Shown here one piece after another: positions 1 to 12,023 of a DNA stretch of 64,000 nucleotides. Position numbers and translations under genes: made by a program. The notes beneath the pieces are model-generated. The model did not search any database. It worked only from the letters and a program-made list of their open reading frames with translations, and was not told the origin of the DNA. This DNA is from Lepidodermella squamata (Eukaryota; Animalia; Gastrotricha), in contig JBLDXI010000020.1 in the NCBI GenBank assembly GCA_047495785.1, positions 1,550,001 through 1,614,000 of the forward strand, read 5' to 3'. Numbering within the stretch: the stretch's first letter is position 1; every line of letters starts with the position of its first letter.

Positions 1-114
1 ATTTGTTCGTTTTTCTTGCTGGTTCCCTTTCCTATTCATCTAAATAGACGTCGACTATTAGAGCTCATTCATGCGGTATTTTTTACTTTAGGCAACTGTT
101 GAGAAGTTGAAGCC

Positions 115-1409
115 ATGCCGCCGAAAGCAACTGGCAAGAAGACCAAGAGTCCACCAATTCTCAGCCAAGAATTTCTCATCAAGAATCATGGCGACATTGC
201 TTCCTGCTCTGTCATAATTCTATTGATTGCCTTGATGTTCCAAGCGACTCAACCATTCGCTGCCAAATTCATCTCGCTACATCACAATGTCACTATTGAA
301 GGTTAGCAATTTGCCCTCTAGCCACCGGACTGAATGAAAATTCCAAACTTTTTATTCAGGAATGGAGCATGTTCATTTTTATACAACTGGCCCGATCGAT
401 TTACTGGCAGTCGTCTTCTACATGTTGCTGGCTATCGTAATGCATGCATTTGTGCAGGAGTTCATCCTTGATGTAAGGCTATTTTCTGTTGTTATAATAT
501 TTTAGCATCATGAATGTTCATTAACAGAAACTCAATCGGAAGATGCATCTTTCGAAAATCAAGCACAGCAAGTTCAATGAATCTGGACAACTCTTGACAT
601 TCTATTTGCTATCGATTGCCTGGGCTTTCGCCATCATGCATGAAGTGAGTTTTTGATGCCTTAGAATTTGTATAACTGAATTTCTTTTGGATTATCAGGA
701 TGACTACTTTGGAAATTTCCACAAGCTTTGGGCGGCATACCCTCACAATGCGCTGAGCTGGCGTACAAAGATGTTCATGATTACGCAGATGAGCTACTGG
801 CTCCATTGGTATCCTGAACTCTACCTCCAGAAAGTCAAGAAGGAGGAGGTTCCTGATCGTCTGACTTACATTTCCCTTTACTTGGCAGCTGTTGTAGGAG
901 CGTATTTCTTGAGCTTCTCTCCTCTGGCTGTTGTTTTCTTGTTTGTTCATTACATCGGTGAGGCTATCTTCCAAGCCACCCGCCTGGTTTATTTCGCCGA
1001 GCGAAATTACCTGGCTCGCTATGGATTCATGGTTTGGAACGTCGTTTTCCCTCTTGTCCGCTTATCTATTGCCGGTTTATCAATTTTCATCTTCTTTTAT
1101 CGCTTGGAGGCGACCGTTCTTCCGAAAGTCGATTTGGCGACTGGAAACTTCAACACGCGTAGTGTCCGCTTGGTTTGCTTGGCATTCCTCGAACTTGTTC
1201 AGATGTGGCTCTTGTATCGCTTCGTTACCTTCTTCCTGCGCCACCGTCGCGAGCGATCAAGCCGCAGCCGCTCGGCCAAGAACAAGACGGTTAAGGCTGC
1301 TCAAGCCGCCGTTGCTGACAAAGGCAGCGAGCCGGAATCATCTGGTGAAATGAGCTCCCCTGTTGCGGCCAACGGTGACGCCGGCGTTTCGACTCGCCGT
1401 CGCAAGTAA
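115..1409 (+). CDS. TRAM1: Translocating chain-associated membrane protein (TRAM1/TRAM-LAG1-CLN8 family); exons 115-301, 360-472, 528-644, 699-1409
   Basis: N-terminal [19 protein letters not shown]; spliced ..[24 protein letters not shown]..; [21 protein letters not shown]; GNFNT. Three GT-AG introns of 58, 55 and 54 nt restore one frame. Confidence 0.93.
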
Positions 1410-2400
1410 TTCAGTTGCGGATCGATGAGTTTGTTGAAGGTTTCGAGATATGTGCATGTTGTTAAAGTAACTGGATGATAGAAAATCTTTGAATTATTAT
1501 ATTGCGCCGTGCAAATGCTATATCATCTGCAATATTATATAATAAACTATGAATATCTGCATGTGTTCACGACATAAGTTAAGCACCTACCTATTTTGCC
1601 AATCTAATATTCTCAGTCATTACCGCGTTAGTAAGACCAGCTATTACTTCCAGTTTCACGCGTAAACCGCGCGCGAAAATGCGGAATAAATCTTTGTCCT
1701 CAGACTGGTTATTTATTGTCAGAGCGTTTCAACAGATCTGAACAGGTTGTGTGGGTATACGTATTTCCCTCATCCGTCTTACCGAGTCAACAACGTTTGC
1801 CCAATAACATGTTGTCCAGCTTTCATGACTCAGTCATTTTAGCTTCTTCTCTAGCATTATCAATACAAGCACAATGTGTTTTGGTTGTGGCTTGAGTTCG
1901 TTTGACGAGATATCAGTGATTATCTTGATGTTAAACTGCATTCCATGTATTTATTCTGTAGCACTTTGAAAACTACGGTGATGGTCAAGTAATTATTGAA
2001 AATCTTACAAAAAATAATGACGTCGCATCCATCAACAAAATGACTGCCTGTGCTATTGCACCATTTCTTGTACAGTTTGGACTAAATATTCCGACTACTA
2101 TTTGAGTTGAAATATGTTATAGCTAAATAAAAAAAGCAACAAAAATTGATCCATATATTGGCAAACTGAAAATCTATTGTTTTCTCGTACTGCTGCCGGC
2201 ATGATATAGTGTGCAACCTCGAAATGTATTTTACGCATGGTGAAACTTGTTTTGTGGCGCACTTCTTGTTTCACTTGGTAAATATTATGTGTCATTGGGT
2301 GTTATGGGCAGCAATTTTCTTGAAAAAAGACATTATTGTAAGCAAATAATAAAAGGGATTTCCTAAAATTTCTTGTTTTTTTTAATTAGAACGTTATGAA

Positions 2401-3530
2401 ATGAGTCTTTTTGGCTTTGGACAATCGGCGGAAATCGCCATCGTTTTGGATGGCGAGGAGACGAGGCGGACAGCCGAAATTCGCACTGAAGCCGGGCGCA
2501 AAGAACGGCATTTATTGTACTTTGACGGTGAAACTGTGTCCGGCAAAGTCATTGTAAGCTTGAAAAAATCGGGAGTCAAAATGGAACATCAAGGCATTCG
2601 AATCGAATTCGTCGGCGCCATCGGTATTTTTTCCTGCTTAGATTATTAAGTGAAGTAACGCATGTTGATTTAGAATTGTATAACGATCGGTCCAACCAGC
2701 ATGAATTCGTTTCTCTGGTGAAAGAACTCGCTCGCGCTGGAGATATGACTCAAAGCACAACTTTTCCGTTTGATTTCCATCAAGTCGAGAAGCCTTACGA
2801 ATCATATACTGGTAGCAATGTCCGTCTGCGATATTTCCTTCGAGTTACAATCGTTCGTCGTCTGGCTCTTGACGTGGTGAAAGAGCGAGAAATCATCGTT
2901 CACACTCTCAGCCACTATCCTGAGATGAATAGTTCGATTAGAATGGAGGTTGGAATCGAAGATTGCCTTCACATTGAATTCGAATATAACCGATCCAAGT
3001 ACCACCTTCGGGATGTGATTGTGGGTAAAATTTACTTCATCCTCGTTCGCATCAAGATCAAGTATATGGAGTTGCAAATAATCAAGCGGGAAAGCACTGG
3101 TAACGGTCCAAACGGTTACAATGAAAGCGAGCCAGTCGTCAAGTACGAAATCATGGACGGTGCTCCGGTAAAAGGCGAAACCATTCCGATTCGCATGTTC
3201 CTTTCCGGCTACGACTTGACCCCAACAATGCGAGACATTAACAAGAAATTTTCCGTTCGTTATTATCTCAATTTGGTTCTAATTGACGAGGAAGATCGAA
3301 GATATTTCAAGCAACAAGAAGTTTCGCTCTATCGCAAAGCTGATATCCAGCGAAAGCAGATCGCTTCGGCAGGAATCGTTTCGCCCCATTTCACCGTTCA
3401 TACGCAGGCAACAGGCGACCAGAACTCCGAAAAGCAGTTTTCAGCCGCCGGTGACAAGAACGGGTCGTCGAATGACGGCGAGAACGGCAGTGCCTACAGG
3501 AGAGATTCGATTGACGAGGGCGAGGAATGA
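2401..3530 (+). CDS. VPS26: Retromer subunit VPS26; exons 2401-2623, 2674-3530
   Basis: MSLFGFGQSAEI, LYFDGETVSGKV, EKPYESYTGSNVRLRYFLRVT, IRMEVGIEDCLHIEFEY, DEEDRRYFKQQE; 50-nt GT-AG intron. Confidence 0.97.
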
Positions 3531-3874
3531 TCAACTTTTGTTGAACGATTTTGTCTTGCTGCAATCCATTTTTTTATATCGAACAAGCCGCTATTATCGA
3601 TTTTCGCATGTCAATGAAATGAATTCCGTATATTATTTTCGAATCATACTTGCTTTTGATTGCAGTATTTAGTCAAGGCTTCAAGTTGAACTTGATAAAA
3701 CAATATAGATTTGCGATTTATAGGCATGAAATATTCCGGTAGCCCGACTTACTACTGCTGCTGCTGCTGAATGTTGTAACGATAATGTTTTATTTTGACG
3801 GCTAGTAATTACCTATGAAATTCGTGAATGCCAGTTATGATTGTTTGTACTCTTGAATTTTTCACGTGTTCGTG

Positions 3875-4203
3875 TGTCAACTGCCGACGTCCAAATGTTG
3901 TAAATAGGCCGAGAATATGTGTAATATTATGAAATTATTCAGTTTATCGATGTACGAACTTCTTTTACTGAATTGCTAATCTATGTAATAATATACGTCA
4001 GACGTGAATCGCAATCAAGCAGATAATTGTCATCAGATTTCTTTATTGATTTGACTGCTTGTAACGTCAATCGCTCTTGTGAAATTTTCAATGACTTATT
4101 GAAGGAAAAAGTGATAAAGAAGTGAACAATAATTTTTCAACGGCGTTGTCTTTTGACTCATTCCCAGAACAGCGAATTGTATTCCTATTGTCTTAAGTAC
4201 GAG
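3875..4203 (-). pseudogene. Diverged duplicate of the last exon and 3' UTR of the WAP gene (paralogous to ~34234-34527)
   Basis: Shared blocks tgtcaactgccgacg, atgttgtaaataggccga, acttcttttactgaattgctaat, aaggaaaaagtgataaagaa, tcttttgact.attcccaga. Retains acceptor and 27-nt exon 4184-4158 (EYNSLFWE*) versus 34498-34472 (ECKPPVWE*). Confidence 0.75.
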
Positions 4204-4940
4204 ATTCCGCATATCTCGAAAATATAACCGAGGTATTTTCCGATTGGGCCGAGAGATTTTTAGGGGTGAATCCAAGAATTAGTAAGGATAAATGTCAAGG
4301 AGGAGCAGCTTATTAACGATCAATCGAGAATATGTTTGTCCATATGAATTTTAGCCGATGAACGAAGCTCGAACGAATGAGGATACTTCGGCTTCCTTTT
4401 CCAGACTTATTCACGGTCGGGCTTTAAAAAGGCTGAAAAGGTGACAAAGTGCTCTCTGCTTACTGCTTACCTTAGGTATAATGCAAATTCACGAGATATT
4501 CGGAAGCTGAATTGTAATTTGTTTTAATTATTTTTAGGTAACATGCCCATAGGTGAATTTTGCCATATTTCTCTATAGAAAATGATTAGGGCGGACTTTA
4601 TTCATGCTATTTTCAAGGGTGTTGCCCTTTCACACCCCAAAAAGTGGCTCAGGATTGTGGGCATGTGGGAATAGGATTATTTTATGGCTTTCCATGGAGA
4701 AACATAATTTCTCTATGGCTAGCTATAGAATAATCCTTTATTGAATCCTCCTAATTAAATAATCCTCCATTATGATGTGCATGACTTAGGAATTTTGCGA
4801 ATCCCCCCAAGTTTTATAACGGAGCAATTGTGTATAACCGGAAATTTCCGCAGTCGGAATTTATTTCAAATTATATCAACGTGATCCTGGATCAGGATAT
4901 TGTAAAAGTTTCATAGAAAGTTAACATATTTTTAGTCAGC

Positions 4941-7900
4941 TCAAAACAGGAATTCTCGTTCTCCAAAGCTACCGGGTCCGCCCTTTCGAATCATAAGTTT
5001 GCGAATCTGATCGAATGACATGAGGAACAGAGCAAACGGTAGGGTTGATAGCCACCAGAGACCCCAAACTGGAGCCATGAAGAATCTATGAAAAAATATA
5101 TAAAAAAGCCATACGTTTTTCAGGATAAACTTACGCATCACTGATTCCTGGGCAATAACATAACAAAACGGCTATTCCAGTTTCAAAAATGATGCCGCCC
5201 AATAAGTAGTGATTTCTCCCTGGAGGTGAAATAATTATATCGCGATTAATGTTAAAACATTGTGAGAGCGTCAACTTACATCCTTGCTCGAACATTGACT
5301 GACGGCGAGTTTTACAGCACACAACGCAAATCCACTGCATGACGACCATGGATAGGAAATACACCCCATACAAAGTATGTTCAAGATCTTTCCGCTGAGT
5401 GTAAGTCCACTCCTGCCCATACGAATCCTCCAGATTATTCAGAGCTGAGAAAAAAGACAAGTTTAAACATTTCTGAAGAGAGATTACAAATAATAAATAT
5501 ATTTTACCTATGGTATCCCATCGTGGCGCGAGACCTACAGAGAACACGTCTTTCGCCAAAAAGCCACTTTCTGAGAGAGCAACCGTGTAGGCCAGCATAC
5601 AACCAGCCATTTCAATGATTCCATTTTGTCCATAGGCGACCGACATCATCCGCTGAGTGATCATAGAATCTTTCTTCGAGTTGCGCGGATTTCTCTTCAT
5701 TATATCAGATTCAGCTTGCTCATAGGCTAGCATAACGGCTGGGGCCATATCTGTGACTAGACAAATTGTCAACATGGCAATAGTACCCATCGGGAGCGGA
5801 ATCTCAAGAACGACATAGGCCAAAGCTGCAGCAATTTCAGGAGGATTAGCCACCAAAATGTAGCACACGGTTTTCTTCAAGTTATCGAACAACAACCGTC
5901 CCTCCTGGATAGCGAAAACGATCGTGGCGAAATTGTCGTCTAGCAAAATCATATCAGCAGCTTGTTTCGAGACATCCGAGCCGGTGATGCCCATAGCAAT
6001 GCCGATATCAGCGCGTTTCAGGGCCGGGGAATCATTGACACCATCGCCGGTAACGCCGACAATATTGCCAGCTCGTTGGAACCCTTCGACAATCAGCAAC
6101 TTTTGTTGAGGCGAAGTGCGGGCAAAGACGATTTCCTTGTAATTCGCGATGACGTTATCGAGTTGAGACGACGTCATGTCCTTCAACTTGTCGCCTGGAA
6201 CAACAATCGCATTAGGTTTCTGTGGCGAGTTTCGAGGAAGATCTTCGGCGGTTTTAGCGTCAGGTGAAAAGATGTTGACCATCTTAGCAATTGCCTTAGC
6301 CGTCACAGGGTGATCCCCAGTTACCATGACTACACGAATACCGGCCTCGCGGCATTTTCGAACGGCATCTGGTACAGCAGGTCTCGGCGGGTCCATCAGC
6401 GCGATCAAACCAACAAAGCGAAGACCTTTCAAAGGGAAATTCGCCTCGGGCTCGGTTGTGAAATTGTAATTTGGCGGGTATTCGTTGCCTGGGAGTAGCA
6501 AATCCGCGAATCCCAAAACGCGCTCACCCATACCGCCCAGCTCGGCATAAACCGCGTTGAACTGAGCTTTCACTTCTTCAGTAATAGGAATCGTCCCTCC
6601 ATTAGCCTCGCCAACATACATGGTATCACACATGTCGATGACCCGTTCCGGGGCGCCTTTCATAACAACCAAGAATCGGCCATCCTCCTGCCGTTTATGC
6701 ACTGAAGCTTGAAATTTCGTGGCGCTGCTGAATGGAACCTCAGCCTTTTTCGGCCATTTCGCTCGAAATTGTTCGACCGAACCAAGGGATCGTTCCGAAA
6801 ATTTGAGGAGACCAGATTCAGACCCATCGCCGATGCATTCCCGCTCCATTATATCGATGTTATCCTGGTTTTGTTTAAAGACAGCTCGGCTGCAAAGAGC
6901 GGCGACTCGCATCAAGGGCGACCAGCCAGTCGCCTCGCCATCTACCTTGTACTTGGCCGCCACGACTTGTTCCTTCGAAATATCAGCAATGTGGATTTCT
7001 TGATTGAACCACAAATGCGCGACTGTCATTTTGTTCTGGGTCAAAGTTCCAGTTTTATCCGAGCAGATGACTGAGGTAGCGCCCAGAGTTTCGACAGCCT
7101 CGAGGTTCTTGACCAGGGCGTTTCGTTTCGCCATGCGTTTCGCGGCCAGGGTGAGGCAAAGGGCGATTTCTATCAAAACACCCTCGGGTACGTTGCCGAT
7201 GATGATACCAATGACGAAAACAACGGCGCCGATCCAATTGCTCGCATCTTTAGCTAAGATCCAGATCAAGAAAATGATTCCAAGGCTGAATGCAAACACT
7301 GAATTTAAAGAAAAATTATTATAATATGAATTTTAATGAAAAATTAAATTTAACATACAGCAAATAACGTAGACGAACAGTTCCAGCTCACGGGCGAGAG
7401 GTGTCTTCTTCTGCTTGATGCCAGTTGTCAAACGAGCAATTCTACCCATCACAGTATTGTCACCAGTTGTAACAACAATCGCAGTTGCCGTTCCTTCCAG
7501 GGCATAAGTGGAGAAAAAAATCATGTTCTTAGTTTCCAGCGGGTTGTCGTTGGTGAACTCAGCCGATCGCATTTGGGCCTCCGATTCGCCAGTCAAACAC
7601 GAATTATCGACTTTGAAGTTCGAACACGAGACAATGCGACAGTCGGCTGGGATTTTATCACCCCCTTTCAGTACCACTATGTCACCTGGAACCAACTCCT
7701 CGACGGGGACTTGCTTCTCAGACCCAGATCGGATGACCGTCGAGAAGGTTGGCATGAATTTCTTGAAGGATTCCATGATTTTCGAAGACTTGGCCTCTGA
7801 AACAGTTAATTTGGTGAACATAAATTTCTATTTTTTTAATATACCTTGAATGTAGGAAAAAGTGGCGGTAATCAAAACGATGCCAGCCAGGACACAGCCA

Positions 7901-8592
7901 AGGTACAAATTGTCACCCGGTACATCGTCACTCTGCGAATACTGCATTCCGTAGGCGATGAAGCAAAGAATCGAACCAGCCCACAGCATCAAGCCAAAAC
8001 CACCGACGAGTTGTTTCGCAAATTTGAACCATTCCGGCTCGACAGGCGGCGGGCGGATTCTATTCAAGCCACACGAGTCGAGTCGTTCTTGAACTTCGCT
8101 GTCTTTCAAGCCGAATCTCAAGCTTGTACCGAGTCGCGATTCCAGCTGTTTGATCTTGATCTTGTGCGCATCCATGTTGGCTTCCTGTTTCAATTCGTCC
8201 ATTTCATTCTCAAAATTCTTGCCACATTGCAACAGACTGCCGCAGCATGAGTCGAGGAAAGATTGCCAGCATGTACGGGTGGTTTGTCGCGGCGTCATTA
8301 CCGAATTTCTCCTAGCCATTCGAATGCTTTCAGCTCGAGCTCGGGATTCAGGGTCCTGGCTGCCGATCGACGATAGACGGGACGAGATTCGAGCCGAGAG
8401 ACTTGACGCAATTTTACCACCCTCGTTTTTCGGATGATCGAATTCACCGGTGAATGAAACGCCGATTTTTTGCCGCTTTTCGCTAGTCGCAGCAATATTC
8501 CTTCCGTCCTCGTAAACAGCAGGCAAGACAGATCGAACGAACTGATTTTGCCCGTTATCGGGGGCCTCATAATTTTCTGATTGCGAAGACAT
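4941..8592 (-). CDS. P-type IIC (Na+/K+-ATPase alpha-like) ATPase with divergent ion-binding residues; 6 exons, short introns near 7844-7797, 7357-7299, 5508-5446, 5280-5220, 5134-5086
   Basis: [55 protein letters not shown] beta-binding motif; ATG at 8592. Confidence 0.95.
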
Positions 8593-9191
8593 TTCCAAGT
8601 TTTGTTTTCTCAAAAGTTTTTGCGAAAAAAATTGAAAATCTTTGTCATATCGGTAATTTCGGGCGCAAATTTATAGTGGCCCGTGGCAGAGGGCGAGTTG
8701 CGAATTGCGTCATCAGCCAAGCTGCCATATTACAGCGAAGGTCAAATGCACGTGAACACTGCGTCATTTTTTCGGCCTAAGCTCACGGCTAAAAATAGCT
8801 TGGACAAAAAGTTCTCATGCTTAATTTGGTTCACCCATGAGTTTTTTATGGTCACACTTGAGTAAAAGAATGACGTAATCACGTTTTTTGTTAAACTTAC
8901 CTGCTATACCAAGTATAACATACATGGAGGGGGCAGAAGAGCCTGAACTTGTAAACCCATTGACGTTATTATAGCCAAAATGTTCGGCAAGAGATCGCCG
9001 TCAATTTGCGTCATAATTTTTTGTGTGTCTAAAAATAGCCGCTCGAAAACTCTCACTCCAATAATTGCCCTTGCGTCATTATAACAGCTGCATTATTATA
9101 AGGTATCCAGCCCAGTTAATTTTGAAGTATTTATTTAATAGGTATAACTTTCCATCTCAAAAATAATATAAATTTTTTGAAATTAGTTCTG

Positions 9192-10861
9192 TCAATTCCT
9201 TGGTACCAGTTTGACCCAGACGCCTTCTAATGGGGTGATGGTGAATCCGGCCATCAATTTAAGGTTCTCGACAGTTTTCGGTGACTTTTCAATGCGGTAC
9301 TTTCTCAGCAAATTAGCCAGGGTCAATTTCATCTCCAGCATGCCGAATCTCATGCCGAGGCATATCCTTGGCCCGTAGCCGAATGGCATAAAAGCCGCCT
9401 CGTGTCTCGTCGCTTTAGTTGGGTAGTTGTCGGAAAATCGCTCAGGATGAAATTTTTCCACATCAACCGGGCCCCATTGTTCCTCGTCACGGTGAATAGT
9501 CCAGACATCGGCGATAATATTCAAACCCTTCGGAACATTAAGTCCATTAACAACCGAGTCCTCCATAGCCAAACGCGTGACGACTAAAGGCGCTACTGGG
9601 TAAATTCTCAGAGTTTCGTGCAAAACCGCCTCGAGATACGGCATTGAAGAAACAGATTCGTAATCGGCTGGTTTCGATTTGTCGGGCAACTTTTCATCGA
9701 TTTCGGCTATCAGCTTTTGTTGGACATCAGGGTTGTTGGCCAGAAAATGGGACGCAAAGGCCAAGGCATTGCTCGAGGTCTAAAAAATAATGTCTTTAAT
9801 TGAACAAAATTTCAGTCGATTTTCAAAAAGTTACCTCATAACCGGCTATCATGAATATCATACTTTGACCGATAATTTCGTCTATGGTCAAACCTCGGTG
9901 GCCATTCAGCTGGTTAGGATCGACCACAGATTCCTCAACTTCAAGCATCATCTGCAGCAAATCAGCTCTCTTTTTATTATTCGCCTTCCGATCTTTGATA
10001 ACTCGCTGCATCAACTCGTCCAGAATGTCCCGAGAGATGAAGAGTCCAGTTCGGAAAACTTTGGATTTAACGGTTTCGATGAGCTCGAGCAACTTTTTCA
10101 GCTCTGGCAACACCATAGCGACCTGCATTGACAGAGGAGCCTTGAATAAATTCTCAAACATTTCACTGATCGAGTTGTAAATCGGGTTATTTCGACCACG
10201 CGTTTTCGCGCTTTCCAACTCGACGCCGAATGCTGTTTCGGAAATTGTGTCCAACGTTAGGAATTTGTAGCACTCGAAAATGTTGAACTCTTGCTGGTTC
10301 GCGGCGGATTCTTCGATCAAGGCCATGAACTCGCTTTGACATTTTTCCATCAAAGGCATCAAAGATTTAAGCTTGCCAGCTGAGAACATCGGGTTTGCGA
10401 TTGTCCGCAGTCTCTTCCAACGATCCCCACGAGCTATCAAAACGTTAATAGGCCGGCTGGAAAAAATTGAAAAAATTAAAATTTTCAATATATTTTTTTT
10501 TAATTTTAATTTACGAAGGTGCGTCGGGGTCGTCCTGAAGCGGGAAGATTTTATGCCCATGGAAATTCGAGAATTGTTTGACGTAAACTTGGGAGATGAA
10601 ATCTAGATCTGTTGTCACCAACGTTGGCGTAGATCCTTCGTAGTAGCCGTACAACCGGCCATATTTCTTCGTCCAGTTAGGAATCGCCAGATGGCGCTTT
10701 GATTCATCAGCGAAATCCGCTAAATTTCCTATTAGCCAATGAGGCTTCGGCCCAGGTATGCCTTCGCGTTTAAAATGATTGAAAGCGAAAAATTTGCGGT
10801 AAATGTAAAACGAAATGACGGTTGTAGCCGCTGCAACAGCAATAAGTGAAAGAATTTCCAT
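9192..10861 (-). CDS. Cytochrome P450, CYP3 clan (CYP3A/thromboxane synthase-like); 3 exons
   Basis: N-terminal anchor + IPGPKP, WKRLR, AGYE|TSS I-helix, ETLR, PERF, heme motif FGYGPRICLG; two short GT-AG introns. Confidence 0.95.
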
Positions 10862-11207
10862 GGTCAATTAGTTCATAAAGCTAGTTCAACAGCGAGACAC
10901 TGAGCTTATAAACGCGTCCTTTGTCCACTATCAGGAGGGCATAAATACTTTATTTATTTTGATATGATAGTACTATCACTTGTGCTTTAATAAATTCATC
11001 CTAATGATCGTTATCACCGTTATAAACGTATTCCAAGCGCTTTTTCCAGCCTTTTTCCACAATAAACAGCTGTGCAACTGTCCGTTCTTTCCCGAATCAG
11101 AGAATGATGATTTAGTCAGGTATCATTTATTTGCTTAGAAAATGATAAAATAAGAAATGACAGTAATAATATAGAATAACGTCAAATCTTTTTCATTTTA
11201 GCAGTTT

Positions 11208-11524
11208 TTAAGCGGTTGACGTACTAGAAGTTGTGGTACAGCACGTTGACATACAAGTCGTGTACACCGATAATAATGTCAAGGTAATTGTAAGGACTGT
11301 TGCGATCAAGCCGAGGACGCTGCCGATGACGATGATGGTCGTGGTTGAGTCATCCGATAATACTCGACCTTGAAACGATAAAAAATAAAAAATCTGAAAT
11401 AAAATGCTAACTGATAGAACTTGCTTGGAGTGTTCAGGAGAATAATGACGAACAAAAATAGATTCAGCGGGTTAGTCGGAATCGGTTTTAAATAATTTCG
11501 GGATAGATATGAGAACAATACCAT
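11208..11524 (-). CDS. Predicted small single-pass membrane protein (5' exon structure uncertain; may start at 11656)
   Basis: Terminal exon reads RVLSDDSTTT-IIVIGSVLGLIATVLTITLTLLSVY-TTCMSTCCTTTSSTSTA* (stop 11210-11208), preceded by pyrimidine-rich acceptors at 11394 and 11369, with AATAAA downstream (11131-11126). Confidence 0.55.
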
Positions 11525-11951
11525 CTTCGTATAATTTCACGACCACATTTCAGTAAAAAATTGAAATTACAACGAACATCAAAGAAAGCGTACTTTATCC
11601 AATCTTGACCCATATCCGCCTACTACAACACCTTTCCATAGCTCAGTGCTTTTCATTGTACTACTTTTTATTTACTGTCTGTAAATAAATGACTTGTTGT
11701 AGACGCTAAAAACTCCTCCTGTGATTTCTCTTGAAAAGCAAACAAAATTCATTTGGAGGTATTACCCGTTTTTTCGATGCGCGTTGCTCGCTGAAGTATG
11801 CTATCTGTGCTACATTCTGACATCCCCATTCACTACTTTTTCGTTCCAACAAAGAAAAAAATAAACACGATTCCAAACTAGGATAAATAGAACCACGCGC
11901 ATTTTGGTTGAATTTTCATATAAAATGCCGTTTCATTTTTCACGATCGGCG

Positions 11952-12023
11952 GGCTCAGTAGCTTAGTGGTAGAGCGTCTGTCTCGTAAACAGAAGATCGC
12001 GGGTTCAATTCCCGCCTGGGCCT
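11952..12023 (+). tRNA. tRNA-Thr(CGT), copy 1
   Basis: Cloverleaf: acceptor GGCTCAG/CTGGGCC, D stem GCTT/GAGC, anticodon stem TCTGT/ACAGA with loop CT-CGT-AA, T arm GCGGG-TTCAATT-CCCGC; followed directly by a T-run Pol III terminator. Confidence 0.97.

Noticed and set aside
2054-2075. miR-92-like seed TATTGCAC
   Set aside because: The rest of the mature sequence does not match and there is no precursor hairpin.
2338-2389. Acceptors before the VPS26, MTHFS (37928-37982) and TIMM44 (50253-50306) ATGs as evidence of trans-splicing
   Set aside because: Each has a good GT donor at the modal distance, so ordinary 5' UTR introns explain them; not counted as outrons.
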